Origin: an uncultured Clostridia bacterium
GTDB lineage: Bacteria; Bacillota; Clostridia; TANB77; CAG-508
DNA length: 64,000 nucleotides
Assembly: GCA_944386415.1 (NCBI GenBank)
Contig: CALXAY010000005.1
Coordinates: 3,439 to 67,438 of the forward strand
Reading direction: 5' to 3'
The first letter of the stretch is position 1. The number at the start of each line of letters is the position of its first letter. The notes below the pieces were generated by a model. That model made no database searches. It saw nothing but the letters and a program-made list of their open reading frames with translations, and was not told the origin of the DNA. Below are positions 48,879-58,212 of the stretch, piece after piece. The translations under genes were made by a program, and so were the position numbers.

Positions 48879-50569
48879 TTTGCATAAATTTCTCTCCTTT
48901 TAGTATTTTTATATTGTCGCTTTGTTTATTAAATCTATTTGAAGTTACATATCCTAATTTCTTAAAATAGTAATCTGTTCCCTTTACGGAAAATAATATA
49001 TTATATTCTAATCCTTCATAGAATATCTTTTTCATAAGATCTATTGCATATGTTACTATTCTTAATGAGTGAGTAGAACTGTACGGTAAATATTCCGAAC
49101 CACAACCTTGCATTTGAACTGTATAATTTTGTCCATTTTTACAATATGATGTTCTGTCAAATATTTCATCTTTATCATCTAATTTAAATAGGCATTCGTA
49201 GCACCCTACATGTTGATTATTAGTTATTAATATATGATTGCCTATATCTAGTACTTCATTCCATAAATACATTATTACACTTTTTATATTAAATTTATGT
49301 ATATATTCGTTTAACCATCTATTAATATTATGGTTTCCAATAGCAGATATAATTAAGTCATAGTTATTTAAATCTATAGAACCATCCTCTAATGCTTCTT
49401 CAATTGTTGTTTGTGTTCCGACTATATTTATATGTGGAATATTTTTTCTTATATACTCACATATTGCCTCTGATTTATATCTTCCTACATATTCCATTCC
49501 TAAAACATGCCTATAAATATTTACCTCTTTTAATACATCATCATCTATAACTTCGATATTTTTTATCCCTGATTTAGCAATTTGTTCAATTAGATAACCT
49601 CCAATAGATCCACATCCGATTACTAATATTTTTTTTGATCTTAATTCAGTATCTCCTCCACCTCGTATGCATAACTGCTTTGGATTTATAGAATCTATGC
49701 TCAATAAACTAAATTTAGTATTATTCAAAAAAGTTATTTTTTCTTGATCAAATGTATATCTAGCTAATCTAATTCCTATGTTTACACTTTTGCCATTTGG
49801 TTGTTCAATTGTAAATATTAAAAATTTGTATTTACCTTTTTCTGATAAGTACTTTCTTATTATCTCTTCTTCAGAACGACATTTATTTAACAAAAAATTA
49901 ACAAATTCTATCTTAATTTCTCTCCTCCAATCTGGTGGATATATATAATCTTTGCTTTTTATATACAAAGAAAGTCCATTATATATAGTAAATCTGCTCT
50001 TATACATCGCAAAATCATTTTCATTATCTGAAATTAACATATTATCAGTTTCAACATTATAAATTTTATTCTTTATTCTGGTCGGTTTATATTTAACTGC
50101 ACATTTTATATTCGTAACTTTTCCTTCTATATTACTTAATAATTTGGCATACTTAACATTTTTAGATAAAATTACATATGAATTAAATTCATTTATAAAA
50201 TCCTCTACATTTTTTCTATCTATTCCATTAGTTAATATTTCTTTCATTCTTTGTAAGCAATTACATAATATACCAATGAAATCTTTTTCAATAAGTATTC
50301 CCTCTAATTGAAACAAGCATATTTTCCCGTTTTTCTTCTATATGTGGAATATAAGGTATCTCTGCATAATTAACAACATATATGTCTATTAGATTTCTAT
50401 CCCAATCTTTAGGAATACAGATCTTTATTGTAATTTGTATCTCTTTGTATGTCATTTTTGAATTTAAAATCAACTTGTAAAGTTTATTGTTATATAATGT
50501 TTCACTAGTAAAAGATACATCACTTAAATAATCTATATTTTTTAATACTTGTAAAATTTTATCTTTCAT
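48847..50569 (-). CDS. cap2: Cap2, E2-E1 fusion; split into 93-aa and 489-aa ORFs by one extra A as assembled
   Basis: E1: ILVIGCGSIGGYLIEQIAKSGIKNIEVIDDD..NIYRH, GCYEC. E2: ..IPYIPHIEE, then the frame switches. Removing one A from the A5 run (plus-strand T 50330..50334) gives PHIEENGKICLFQLEG with the catalytic Cys codon at 50317..50319. Confidence 0.85.
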
Positions 50570-51609
50570 TTTATTCCTGAAGCACTACTTGGAGGGATAA
50601 AGTTTTTTTGTGTTTTTGATTCATCTTTCTTTTCTGGTATTTCAAAATCATCTCCAAATATTTGATTTAATTTTTTGCACTGTTCAATAATATCAACTTC
50701 ATCTTTTACTATTATCAAATCATCATATAACTTACAAATTTTATTTCTGAAATTATTCATTTGATTTAATGTCATCTTACTAAACACATCTGTATATGGT
50801 TGAACTGGTAAATCCAGTGATATAGAATATTTACTTTCACTACTTTCTAAATCATATTTAAGTATAAATTTACTTTTTACTTTTGTAATAAAATCAATCA
50901 ATGCATTTAAATCATTATAAACATATTTTTCCTCTAAATAATCATATTCCTTTGATGGTGAGAACAAATTATATGCTAACAATGTAATTCCTATTCCTGG
51001 GACTTCATTATTTCCATCGGAACTAAAATTTAAATTTTTCCACCTTTTTAAATATCGTATTATCCTTTTATACTGCTCTTTATCTTCTCCACGAAATCTA
51101 TTTTCTATTTCATTTATTAGTCCTAATGGATCAGCTACTTCCCATTTTATATTTTCAGCTTTTGCAAATTCTTTTCCTTTTGCTAGATATAATTGGCTTT
51201 CTTTATTTTCTTTATCTTCATAAGTATATGTAACAATATCTATATGATAAGCCGTTTCTCCATCTTTTTTGTATGTAATTGTTACACATGGTGTTTTAAT
51301 TTGTGCACCATAGTCAGTATAATTTTTCAAAATATCCCTAATTTGCTTTTTTAATGTTAGAGGATCTTCATAATCATTTTTATTCACATTAAATCTTAGT
51401 CCTACATCTATATCGTAATCTTTGTCTATAGGTTTCACTTCCGTTCCCATTCTATAACTACCTTGTCCAAATTCTTCAAAACTTGGTAAATCTTCGTCAG
51501 CTCTAAGTTTATCTAATATTTTGTTTCTTTTTTCTCTTAATTCATCTAATTTTGTTGCTGATAACCTTATGTTCTCATTAAATTTTTTGAATTGATTTTG
51601 TAAGCTCAT
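50566..51609 (-). CDS. CD-NTase (cGAS/DncV-like nucleotidyltransferase)
   Basis: GQGSYRMGTEVKPIDKDYDIDVGL (GS...DxD) and third-Asp context AYHIDIV. ATGA overlap with cap2. Confidence 0.85.
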   Translation of the reverse strand: MSLQNQFKKFNENIRLSATKLDELREKRNKILDKLRADEDLPSFEEFGQGSYRMGTEVKPIDKDYDIDVGLRFNVNKNDYEDPLTLKKQIRDILKNYTDYGAQIKTPCVTITYKKDGETAYHIDIVTYTYEDKENKESQLYLAKGKEFAKAENIKWEVADPLGLINEIENRFRGEDKEQYKRIIRYLKRWKNLNFSSDGNNEVPGIGITLLAYNLFSPSKEYDYLEEKYVYNDLNALIDFITKVKSKFILKYDLESSESKYSISLDLPVQPYTDVFSKMTLNQMNNFRNKICKLYDDLIIVKDEVDIIEQCKKLNQIFGDDFEIPEKKDESKTQKNFIPPSSASGIK

Positions 51610-51650
51610 TATTTTATACCTCCTGTTTACTATATTTTTTTACTTTTATT

Positions 51651-52238
51651 TTATAAACTATCAAGACATTTCTTTATAAAAACTTGCATGTTAGTTCTAT
51701 TTGATTTTTCCAACTTGTCCATTAAATTTTTAACTTGTTGTATATCTGATTCTCCTTTATTGATTGGAAATAAATTTCTATATAACCTGCCTTTTTCTTT
51801 ATTATTTGGTAATTTATCTATTAGTTTTAAATCTAACAATACTTCATCTAAATTATTTTTATTCCAGATTGGAACTATGTAAGGATTTAACCAATGATTT
51901 TTAAACATTTCTCCTGAGATGTATTTTTGTTTTCTATCCTCACTGGTATCATCCAAATCCATTATTGGCATTAATGAAAAATTTTTTAATATTCCATTTT
52001 CTTCTTCCACAATATATCTTTTGTTAAATTCTCTTTTATTTTTAAAAATATTATTTCCTAATACAGTCATTAAACTATCTATTTGTATGCTCGTTTTTCC
52101 ATTACTTTCTGCATATATTTCTATAGGCAAATGTAAGTTACTTTTTATATGCTCTGCTAACAATAATTCACTTTTTCCATGTGCTATTACAATCCCTTTA
52201 CAGTAATTAGGTTTCTTCACCATCAACATTTTCCTCAT
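51651..52238 (-). CDS. small TOPRIM-like protein (RloB/DUF4276-like)
   Basis: IVIAHGKSELLLAEHI (G.sE element) and PIMDLDD (DxD). Overlaps the ATPase gene. Confidence 0.55.
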   Translation of the reverse strand: MRKMLMVKKPNYCKGIVIAHGKSELLLAEHIKSNLHLPIEIYAESNGKTSIQIDSLMTVLGNNIFKNKREFNKRYIVEEENGILKNFSLMPIMDLDDTSEDRKQKYISGEMFKNHWLNPYIVPIWNKNNLDEVLLDLKLIDKLPNNKEKGRLYRNLFPINKGESDIQQVKNLMDKLEKSNRTNMQVFIKKCLDSL

Positions 52239-53574
52239 TATTTTCTGAATCTTCTAGAGCATACTTAATTTCTTCAAAATCAATATAGTTTGTTGTTGGA
52301 ATTCCACCAAAAACACCTTTAAAATACAAATCACGAGCATTATTATTTTTTTGTATTTTAATTCCATATTCTTTTATAGAATTTATCGTTTTGTTTCCAT
52401 TATAGTCTGTTGATAATATATAAATATTTTCCTTTGGTAATATTTCTAATAGAAGTGTATTATGTGTTGTTATTATCAATTGTCCTGTTATCTCGTCCTT
52501 TATTGACATTATAATATTTTTCATTAATACATCATGTATTCCATTATCTATTTCATCTAATATAACTGTTTCTCCTAACAATGAACCTATTATTGTATCA
52601 AATTGATTTAGTATTCTTCTTGTTCCATCTGATTCAAGTCTAGAAGGTATAGACTTTATTTGTCCTCCTATCATTTTATTAAAATATAATTCATAATGAA
52701 TTCTGTCTTCTTTTTCATTTATTTCGTATTTGACTTCTTTTATATCTGCATATGCTTGTGTAAAAAAGATGTTTAAAACATTTTCATATTTCTTTATTTC
52801 AGGTAACTTATCTTTTTTTACAATTCCTTTTTGTATATTATTTAATTTCCTTACTTTTACAAAACCATCTGGTATTATTTTTAAAGCACCTTTATCAACA
52901 TGCACTGTCATTAACCAAATTCTATCTATTACTTCTATAATATTTTTAGATATATTATTATCTATATAGTCTTTATTTTTCTCTATTGTCTCAAATGATA
53001 ATAATGATAGAAAAGTATATTTCCCCCAATATTTATCAATTCCATCGACTAATTCTTCATTGTATTTTTCATTAATAAATATATTCTTATTTAAGTTTTT
53101 AGTAATTTTGTTATTTTCTTTATTTATTTGAAATAGATATGCTCTTTGTTTTCCCGCCATATAATATAGTTTTTCTTCTATAATTTCATCATCAAATTTT
53201 ATATAATAAAATCCATCTTTATTATTAATTTTGAAACCATATTCAATTTCAGTTGCTTCTTCTTCATCCAACATTCTATATTCTTTTAGGTTAAATGATA
53301 ATTGAAAAATTTGTCTTATTTCAGTTGGTAACTGATCTGACATTTCTTCTTGTATTTTCCAAAACTCTTTTGGCATCTTATTCATTGCAATATCTGTTGC
53401 TCTTGACATTATTGATTGTTGTAATAATTTAAATAATTCTACAATATTAGTTTTTCCACTTCCATTTTCACCATAAATAGAGATAAATTGATTTGTCTTA
53501 GTTTTTGTTTTATTTAAATTAAATTCAATATCTTTCAAAGATTTAAAATTTTTAGCTTTTACATATGTGAACAT
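52207..53574 (-). CDS. ABC/SMC-like AAA ATPase (AAA_15/AAA_21 type)
   Basis: Walker A GENGSGKTN, signature-like ESDGTRR, Walker B VILDEIDNGIH, H-loop TTHN. Confidence 0.8.
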   Translation of the reverse strand: MFTYVKAKNFKSLKDIEFNLNKTKTKTNQFISIYGENGSGKTNIVELFKLLQQSIMSRATDIAMNKMPKEFWKIQEEMSDQLPTEIRQIFQLSFNLKEYRMLDEEEATEIEYGFKINNKDGFYYIKFDDEIIEEKLYYMAGKQRAYLFQINKENNKITKNLNKNIFINEKYNEELVDGIDKYWGKYTFLSLLSFETIEKNKDYIDNNISKNIIEVIDRIWLMTVHVDKGALKIIPDGFVKVRKLNNIQKGIVKKDKLPEIKKYENVLNIFFTQAYADIKEVKYEINEKEDRIHYELYFNKMIGGQIKSIPSRLESDGTRRILNQFDTIIGSLLGETVILDEIDNGIHDVLMKNIIMSIKDEITGQLIITTHNTLLLEILPKENIYILSTDYNGNKTINSIKEYGIKIQKNNNARDLYFKGVFGGIPTTNYIDFEEIKYALEDSENNEENVDGEET

Positions 53575-54004
53575 TTTATCAACCTCCTATAATATTGTAT
53601 CATTTTTGAACTTTTCTATACTATTTTACATTATTTTTTAATATAAGTCAATTGTTTTTGATACATTTTGTATGTTTTTTATTAAACTTTGTATAATATT
53701 TTATGCTGTTTTTATAAAAATAGTACATTTTTTATATTATTTACTATGTTTCATTTAAATTAAAATAAGCAGACTTTTATGCCTGCTTGGTGTGTAGATT
53801 AGGAATTGAACCAAATGCTCTAATCTATATTTTTTAGTATTATATCTACTTAATATCACATTTGTTTCTACACATATACAAGAGCTAACACCATGTGAAA
53901 ATATTTTCATAGACTTCATCTCTTCATAAATTATTGTAAAATTACTGCAATCATTATTTCAAAGACATTTATCTATAATATAGAATCAAATCTATCAATT
54001 CACT

Positions 54005-54268
54005 TCAATTCATAGATTTGATTATTGAATGCTTTTGTAAACATATTTTTACATTTTTAGTATAATCTGCATAATCCCCTTCATCCAAAGTTTCCTTTAA
54101 AGCCTGTAATATTCCTTTATTGACTTTCACTTGTATAAGAATTCCGGGTGTCAATTCATCTTCATATGCAATAATATTTCTTCCAATTTTTACTCAATAT
54201 GTATTAATTGGAGTTTTATACACACGTATATTTTTACTCTCACTTACTAATTTATGCGTTTTTTTCAT
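54005..54268 (-). pseudogene. 87-codon ORF interrupted by an in-frame TGA, 2 nt downstream of the 1313-aa gene
   Basis: MKKTHKLVSESKNIRVYKTPINTY-TGA(54194..54196)-VKIGRNIIAYEDELTPGILIQVKVNKGILQALKETLDEGDYADYTKNVKICLQKHSIIKSMN*. Confidence 0.45.
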
Positions 54269-54270
54269 TT

Positions 54271-57200
54271 CTATTTTATTTTAGAATCTATATATTTCCA
54301 TTCGTCTTCTGTAATATTCCATTTTTCGCAAAGATATTTATCTGTATAAATTCTATCATACTTTCCTAAATCAGGTACAAAGCAAAATTTATTTCTTAAT
54401 ACATCTTGAGAAACAACCGCTTGTAGAAGTAAAAACCTTACTGTTTTAGTAAATAAATATGACTTGAAATTTTTAATTTCCTCTTCAGTATCAAGAGCTC
54501 CTGCTACAATAAATGATTCTGTACAACATTCACCTGGTTTTGCAATATTAGTATTACCATCGTAATAAAAACCAATCGGCTTAGTAAAGTCTGTTTGCCC
54601 TGCAATTGGAGATCTCGGAACTAATAATTTCCATTTATTTAATAATTTATTTTCATCATGTACATCTTTCGGATCAGCATATTTTTTTCCAATTCTTTGT
54701 ATAAACCAACAAGGAACACCTTTGTCCTTAGGTCTATAATTTGTTGGTAAACCAAATGGTTTTTGAGGTGAAACTACATTTTCAAGTGTTTTACCATTTT
54801 TTTGTTTACTAAAAACTTTTCTAATAATTGGAATAGCTTGATTAAACCTTACAAATGTATTAAATTCATTTAAGTTCCTATAAGAAGAATATTTAACATT
54901 GTTTATGACATTAGTAACTTCACATTCTTCTTTATTGCCCTTATCCCACAAGAAATAATTAACACCTCCTGCAATATCTGCAGAATCAAAAACATCTCTT
55001 GTATTTGGATAATCAACGATCTTAGTTAAACATGTATCATTTAACATATCTTTCCTGAATTCATTCAATCCCATTCCACCTGAAAACCATCTTGATGGTG
55101 TAATCATACTTATATATTTAGAATTTATTGATTTTGACATATTTACAAATAAATTGTATATTGGTTTAGCTTGTGTTCCATAACCTCCAGTCATTTCTTG
55201 ATATGGAGGATTTCCTACTACTGCATCAAATTTCATTTGTACTCCTTTCTTATTCCAACTATTGGGGCTCAATACATAATTTACAACTTTAGTCATATCT
55301 TCCTCTAATTTAGTTGCAATATCTTCTATTAGTAAAATATTGACATTATATTTTTTATATCCTGCTAATGTTCTCTTAACAATTTGCATTGCCATCTTAG
55401 TTCTGCAAATTATATAAATATTATTTTCCAATGTCTCTCTCCAAAAATCTTCATTTTTATCTTCTGTATAATCTCGTTTATTATAATTTAATAACTTATT
55501 CATATAAATGCTATAAGAACAATATAGAGCATACAACCCAGTCTTTGCATTTATTTCTAATATTTTAACATTATTATTTTCGAATAAGTCTTTAGTTACA
55601 TTTCCATTGTTTATAAATCTAGGCTCATTGTCTGGATAATTAAAATTGTATCCTCCTAAACAATCTCCTAAATGCATATTCACTGTTTTCCAAGGAGTAA
55701 GTACAGTTTCCTTATCTGGATTTTTAAACATTGAAAATATTTCAGCTAACTTTTTTATTCTTTCTTTTATAGGTAATGTATCTGCATATAATGTTGAATT
55801 TCTTATTTGTCTACCAGCTTCTATAAATATTTCATTATCATAATATTTAGAAAATTTCTTAAAAATTTCTTTAGTTACGCCACTTGGCATAAATTCATTC
55901 CATGACTTATCATCCACTAATTCAATCAAATTTTGACTGTCAATATCTTTCTTGATTTCAATATCTGCTCCATATATTAGTAATGGTATTCTTATTGATA
56001 TTCCTCTTAATATTGATATTGCTGTTGAAGCTTGTTTTTTCTTTTCTTTTTCTTCTTCAAGTAATCTTTTTTCTTCTTCAGTTAATTCTTTTTTATTTTT
56101 CTTTTTAGCTTCTTCCAATTTTTCATATTCTTCATTATTAAAGCCTTGATTATTTATATCAATACTATCAATTCTTTTTGTTTGCTTACTAACCCCAACG
56201 ATTTTTCTTAGATTTTCAAATTCTTCCAAATCTATTTCATCTAATTTAAGTAAATTATCATTATAAATACTTTTATCATCAAATCCATTATTCACTACTC
56301 TTTGTGCCACTGCCTTTTTCAATTGTCTTAACATTTGAGTAACATCATACTTGATCATTTTAGAGCCATCAATTCCTATAATTGGACAAAAATTTAAAAA
56401 ATGGCTCATTATTACTTTAGATTGAATTGAACCAGCCTTTACTGAAAGTTGCCCAGCTTGTGCAGCCATTTTTAAAGTTCTATCTGGAGCAAAATCAAAT
56501 ACATAACATTTTTCTTTAATTTTGCCACCTATTTTAGCTGGCGTTTGTACTCTAAATATTGTCTGTAAATAGCTAGAGGCTGATGTAGAATATGAACCAG
56601 AAAGCATAAAAACAGCCGTCCATTCTGGAATACTAACGCCCGTAGTTAATCTTCCGCATGAAATCGTAATAGTATAAGTTTCTTCTGGCTTATCTGTTAT
56701 TGCTTTTCTCACTTTTTTTAAAGCCTCTTCATATCTTTCTTCTTCATCACCATCTCCTGCAACATTAACAATTTTAAACATTCCAGAGCCAAATACTAAA
56801 TGTTCTTTTAACAATTTACTTAAAGCCTTTGCCTCTCTAACTCCTGGTACCATCCATAATGAGTGTCTAAAATATTCAATATACTCTTTTGTTGAATATG
56901 GATAATTAGAATTTGGATCTTGTTTTGATAATAAATTCAAAAATTTATTTATATCATCCTTATGCACAAAATCTCCCTTCTCATATCCTTGTGGAATAGG
57001 TTTTCTATCAATTTCTAATTCTCCTGTCCATGTTCTAAAAAACTCTCTAAAATTAAATGCATTATCTAATACATCCATATATTTAGGCAACACTTTATCT
57101 AAATAATATGTATAAATATTAAGTTGAGGTAAATCACTATATGGATTAGGATCACCAAAATGTTCTATATCTGTATCCCATTCTAATTTCGCTGATTGTT

Positions 57201-58212
57201 CCATAATGTAATCCCATGTGTAGATTTCATCATCTTTAAAATCACTTAATAAATTAAAAGGTGTGCCAGACAACATTAACACTTTTGTTTTATGATTATT
57301 ATGTGTTTTTACTATATTATCAATTGTCTTTTCTCCCAAACTAGTTTTTGTTCCCTCATGTGCCTCATCAATAACTACTAAATCCCAATCATTATTAAAA
57401 ATCTGTTCGTCCTTATGAAAGTTACCACCGACTTCCGTTGAACCCCTTAAATCTTGGATCGAAGCAAAATACACAAACGGATTATTGCTATCAAGCAAAT
57501 TCTCTATTGTTTCTCCAACAGTTTTAGAACCATATTTATACTCACCATCTTTTGAAAAAATTTTATTAAAATCTTCAAACCATCCCATATTCACTACTGG
57601 TCTGTGTGTAATTATTATTGTTTTCTTATATTTTTGTCTCTTAACTAATTCTAAAGCTGTTAATGTTTTACCAAAACGCATCTTTGCATTCCAAAGCATA
57701 ATGTTGCTTCTTTTAAAAGTTTCAATTGTTTTCTTTATAGCCTCTTCCTGTTCAGGTCTAAATATGATTGGATCTTTCTTATAAGAAATTTGTTGTGCAG
57801 ATAAGGATCTTTTATTCTCCTTAACAGCTTTAATTGCTTTTTTTGCAGTCATTAAATCTACACAAAACCATTCATTTTGTTTGTTTTCTGTATCAAAATA
57901 ATATCTTTCAATTCCAGACCTTAGTAAAACATTATGAACTTTTGTATCTTTAAATGAATTACCATTATTATCAACCGCCAACTCTGTATGTAGTAATTCA
58001 TAACTTATACCTGCAGTTGACGTATAACTATTGATTCTATTTTTAGCTGCCCTATTTAGGTCTTCAGAATCAGGTAGTAATTCATCCAAAGGCTTATTAG
58101 TATGAATTGTCGCCTCTCCAATTTTCAATTTGCCTCTATGTATTTCATCATTAATTCTAAAAATATAAATCAACTTATAACTAAATGTTGAAGTAAATTT
58201 ATTTATTCCCAT
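54271..58212 (-). CDS. GIY-YIG(T5orf172-like)-SF2 helicase-gamma N6-adenine methyltransferase fusion (type ISP-like restriction-modification enzyme)
   Basis: N-terminus YKLIYIFRIND..GKLKIGEAT..EWFCV. Helicase motifs AKMRFGKT, VVIDEAHEG, LSGTP, QTIFRVQTP. MTase motif I ILEINAKTGLY and motif IV VVGNPPYQ, followed by a roughly 330-aa C-terminal region. Confidence 0.8.
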   Translation of the reverse strand: MGINKFTSTFSYKLIYIFRINDEIHRGKLKIGEATIHTNKPLDELLPDSEDLNRAAKNRINSYTSTAGISYELLHTELAVDNNGNSFKDTKVHNVLLRSGIERYYFDTENKQNEWFCVDLMTAKKAIKAVKENKRSLSAQQISYKKDPIIFRPEQEEAIKKTIETFKRSNIMLWNAKMRFGKTLTALELVKRQKYKKTIIITHRPVVNMGWFEDFNKIFSKDGEYKYGSKTVGETIENLLDSNNPFVYFASIQDLRGSTEVGGNFHKDEQIFNNDWDLVVIDEAHEGTKTSLGEKTIDNIVKTHNNHKTKVLMLSGTPFNLLSDFKDDEIYTWDYIMEQSAKLEWDTDIEHFGDPNPYSDLPQLNIYTYYLDKVLPKYMDVLDNAFNFREFFRTWTGELEIDRKPIPQGYEKGDFVHKDDINKFLNLLSKQDPNSNYPYSTKEYIEYFRHSLWMVPGVREAKALSKLLKEHLVFGSGMFKIVNVAGDGDEEERYEEALKKVRKAITDKPEETYTITISCGRLTTGVSIPEWTAVFMLSGSYSTSASSYLQTIFRVQTPAKIGGKIKEKCYVFDFAPDRTLKMAAQAGQLSVKAGSIQSKVIMSHFLNFCPIIGIDGSKMIKYDVTQMLRQLKKAVAQRVVNNGFDDKSIYNDNLLKLDEIDLEEFENLRKIVGVSKQTKRIDSIDINNQGFNNEEYEKLEEAKKKNKKELTEEEKRLLEEEKEKKKQASTAISILRGISIRIPLLIYGADIEIKKDIDSQNLIELVDDKSWNEFMPSGVTKEIFKKFSKYYDNEIFIEAGRQIRNSTLYADTLPIKERIKKLAEIFSMFKNPDKETVLTPWKTVNMHLGDCLGGYNFNYPDNEPRFINNGNVTKDLFENNNVKILEINAKTGLYALYCSYSIYMNKLLNYNKRDYTEDKNEDFWRETLENNIYIICRTKMAMQIVKRTLAGYKKYNVNILLIEDIATKLEEDMTKVVNYVLSPNSWNKKGVQMKFDAVVGNPPYQEMTGGYGTQAKPIYNLFVNMSKSINSKYISMITPSRWFSGGMGLNEFRKDMLNDTCLTKIVDYPNTRDVFDSADIAGGVNYFLWDKGNKEECEVTNVINNVKYSSYRNLNEFNTFVRFNQAIPIIRKVFSKQKNGKTLENVVSPQKPFGLPTNYRPKDKGVPCWFIQRIGKKYADPKDVHDENKLLNKWKLLVPRSPIAGQTDFTKPIGFYYDGNTNIAKPGECCTESFIVAGALDTEEEIKNFKSYLFTKTVRFLLLQAVVSQDVLRNKFCFVPDLGKYDRIYTDKYLCEKWNITEDEWKYIDSKIK

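Noticed and set aside
50317-50334. Programmed ribosomal frameshift in cap2
   Set aside because: I see no slippery heptamer plus downstream structure. Four other unrelated genes carry the same single-extra-base lesion, so assembly error is the simpler explanation.
50288-50569. 93-aa ORF as an independent small gene (for example a ubiquitin-like protein of a Bil-type system)
   Set aside because: It ends in PHIEE, and the next frame continues NGKICL. It is therefore the N-terminal part of the Cap2 E2 domain, cut off by a 1-nt indel. The operon also has a CD-NTase, which fits CBASS rather than Bil.
53797-53830. Possible tRNA fragment or att site (ggaattgaacc resembles a T-arm; tagattag...ctaatcta inverted repeat)
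   Set aside because: I could not fold a cloverleaf, acceptor stem or anticodon arm. It is probably just a hairpin in a long AT-rich spacer.
54194-54196. TGA read as Trp (genetic code 4) or selenocysteine
   Set aside because: fruK terminates at a TGA at the expected C-terminus, and all other long ORFs are intact under code 11. I saw no SECIS-like hairpin after the codon.
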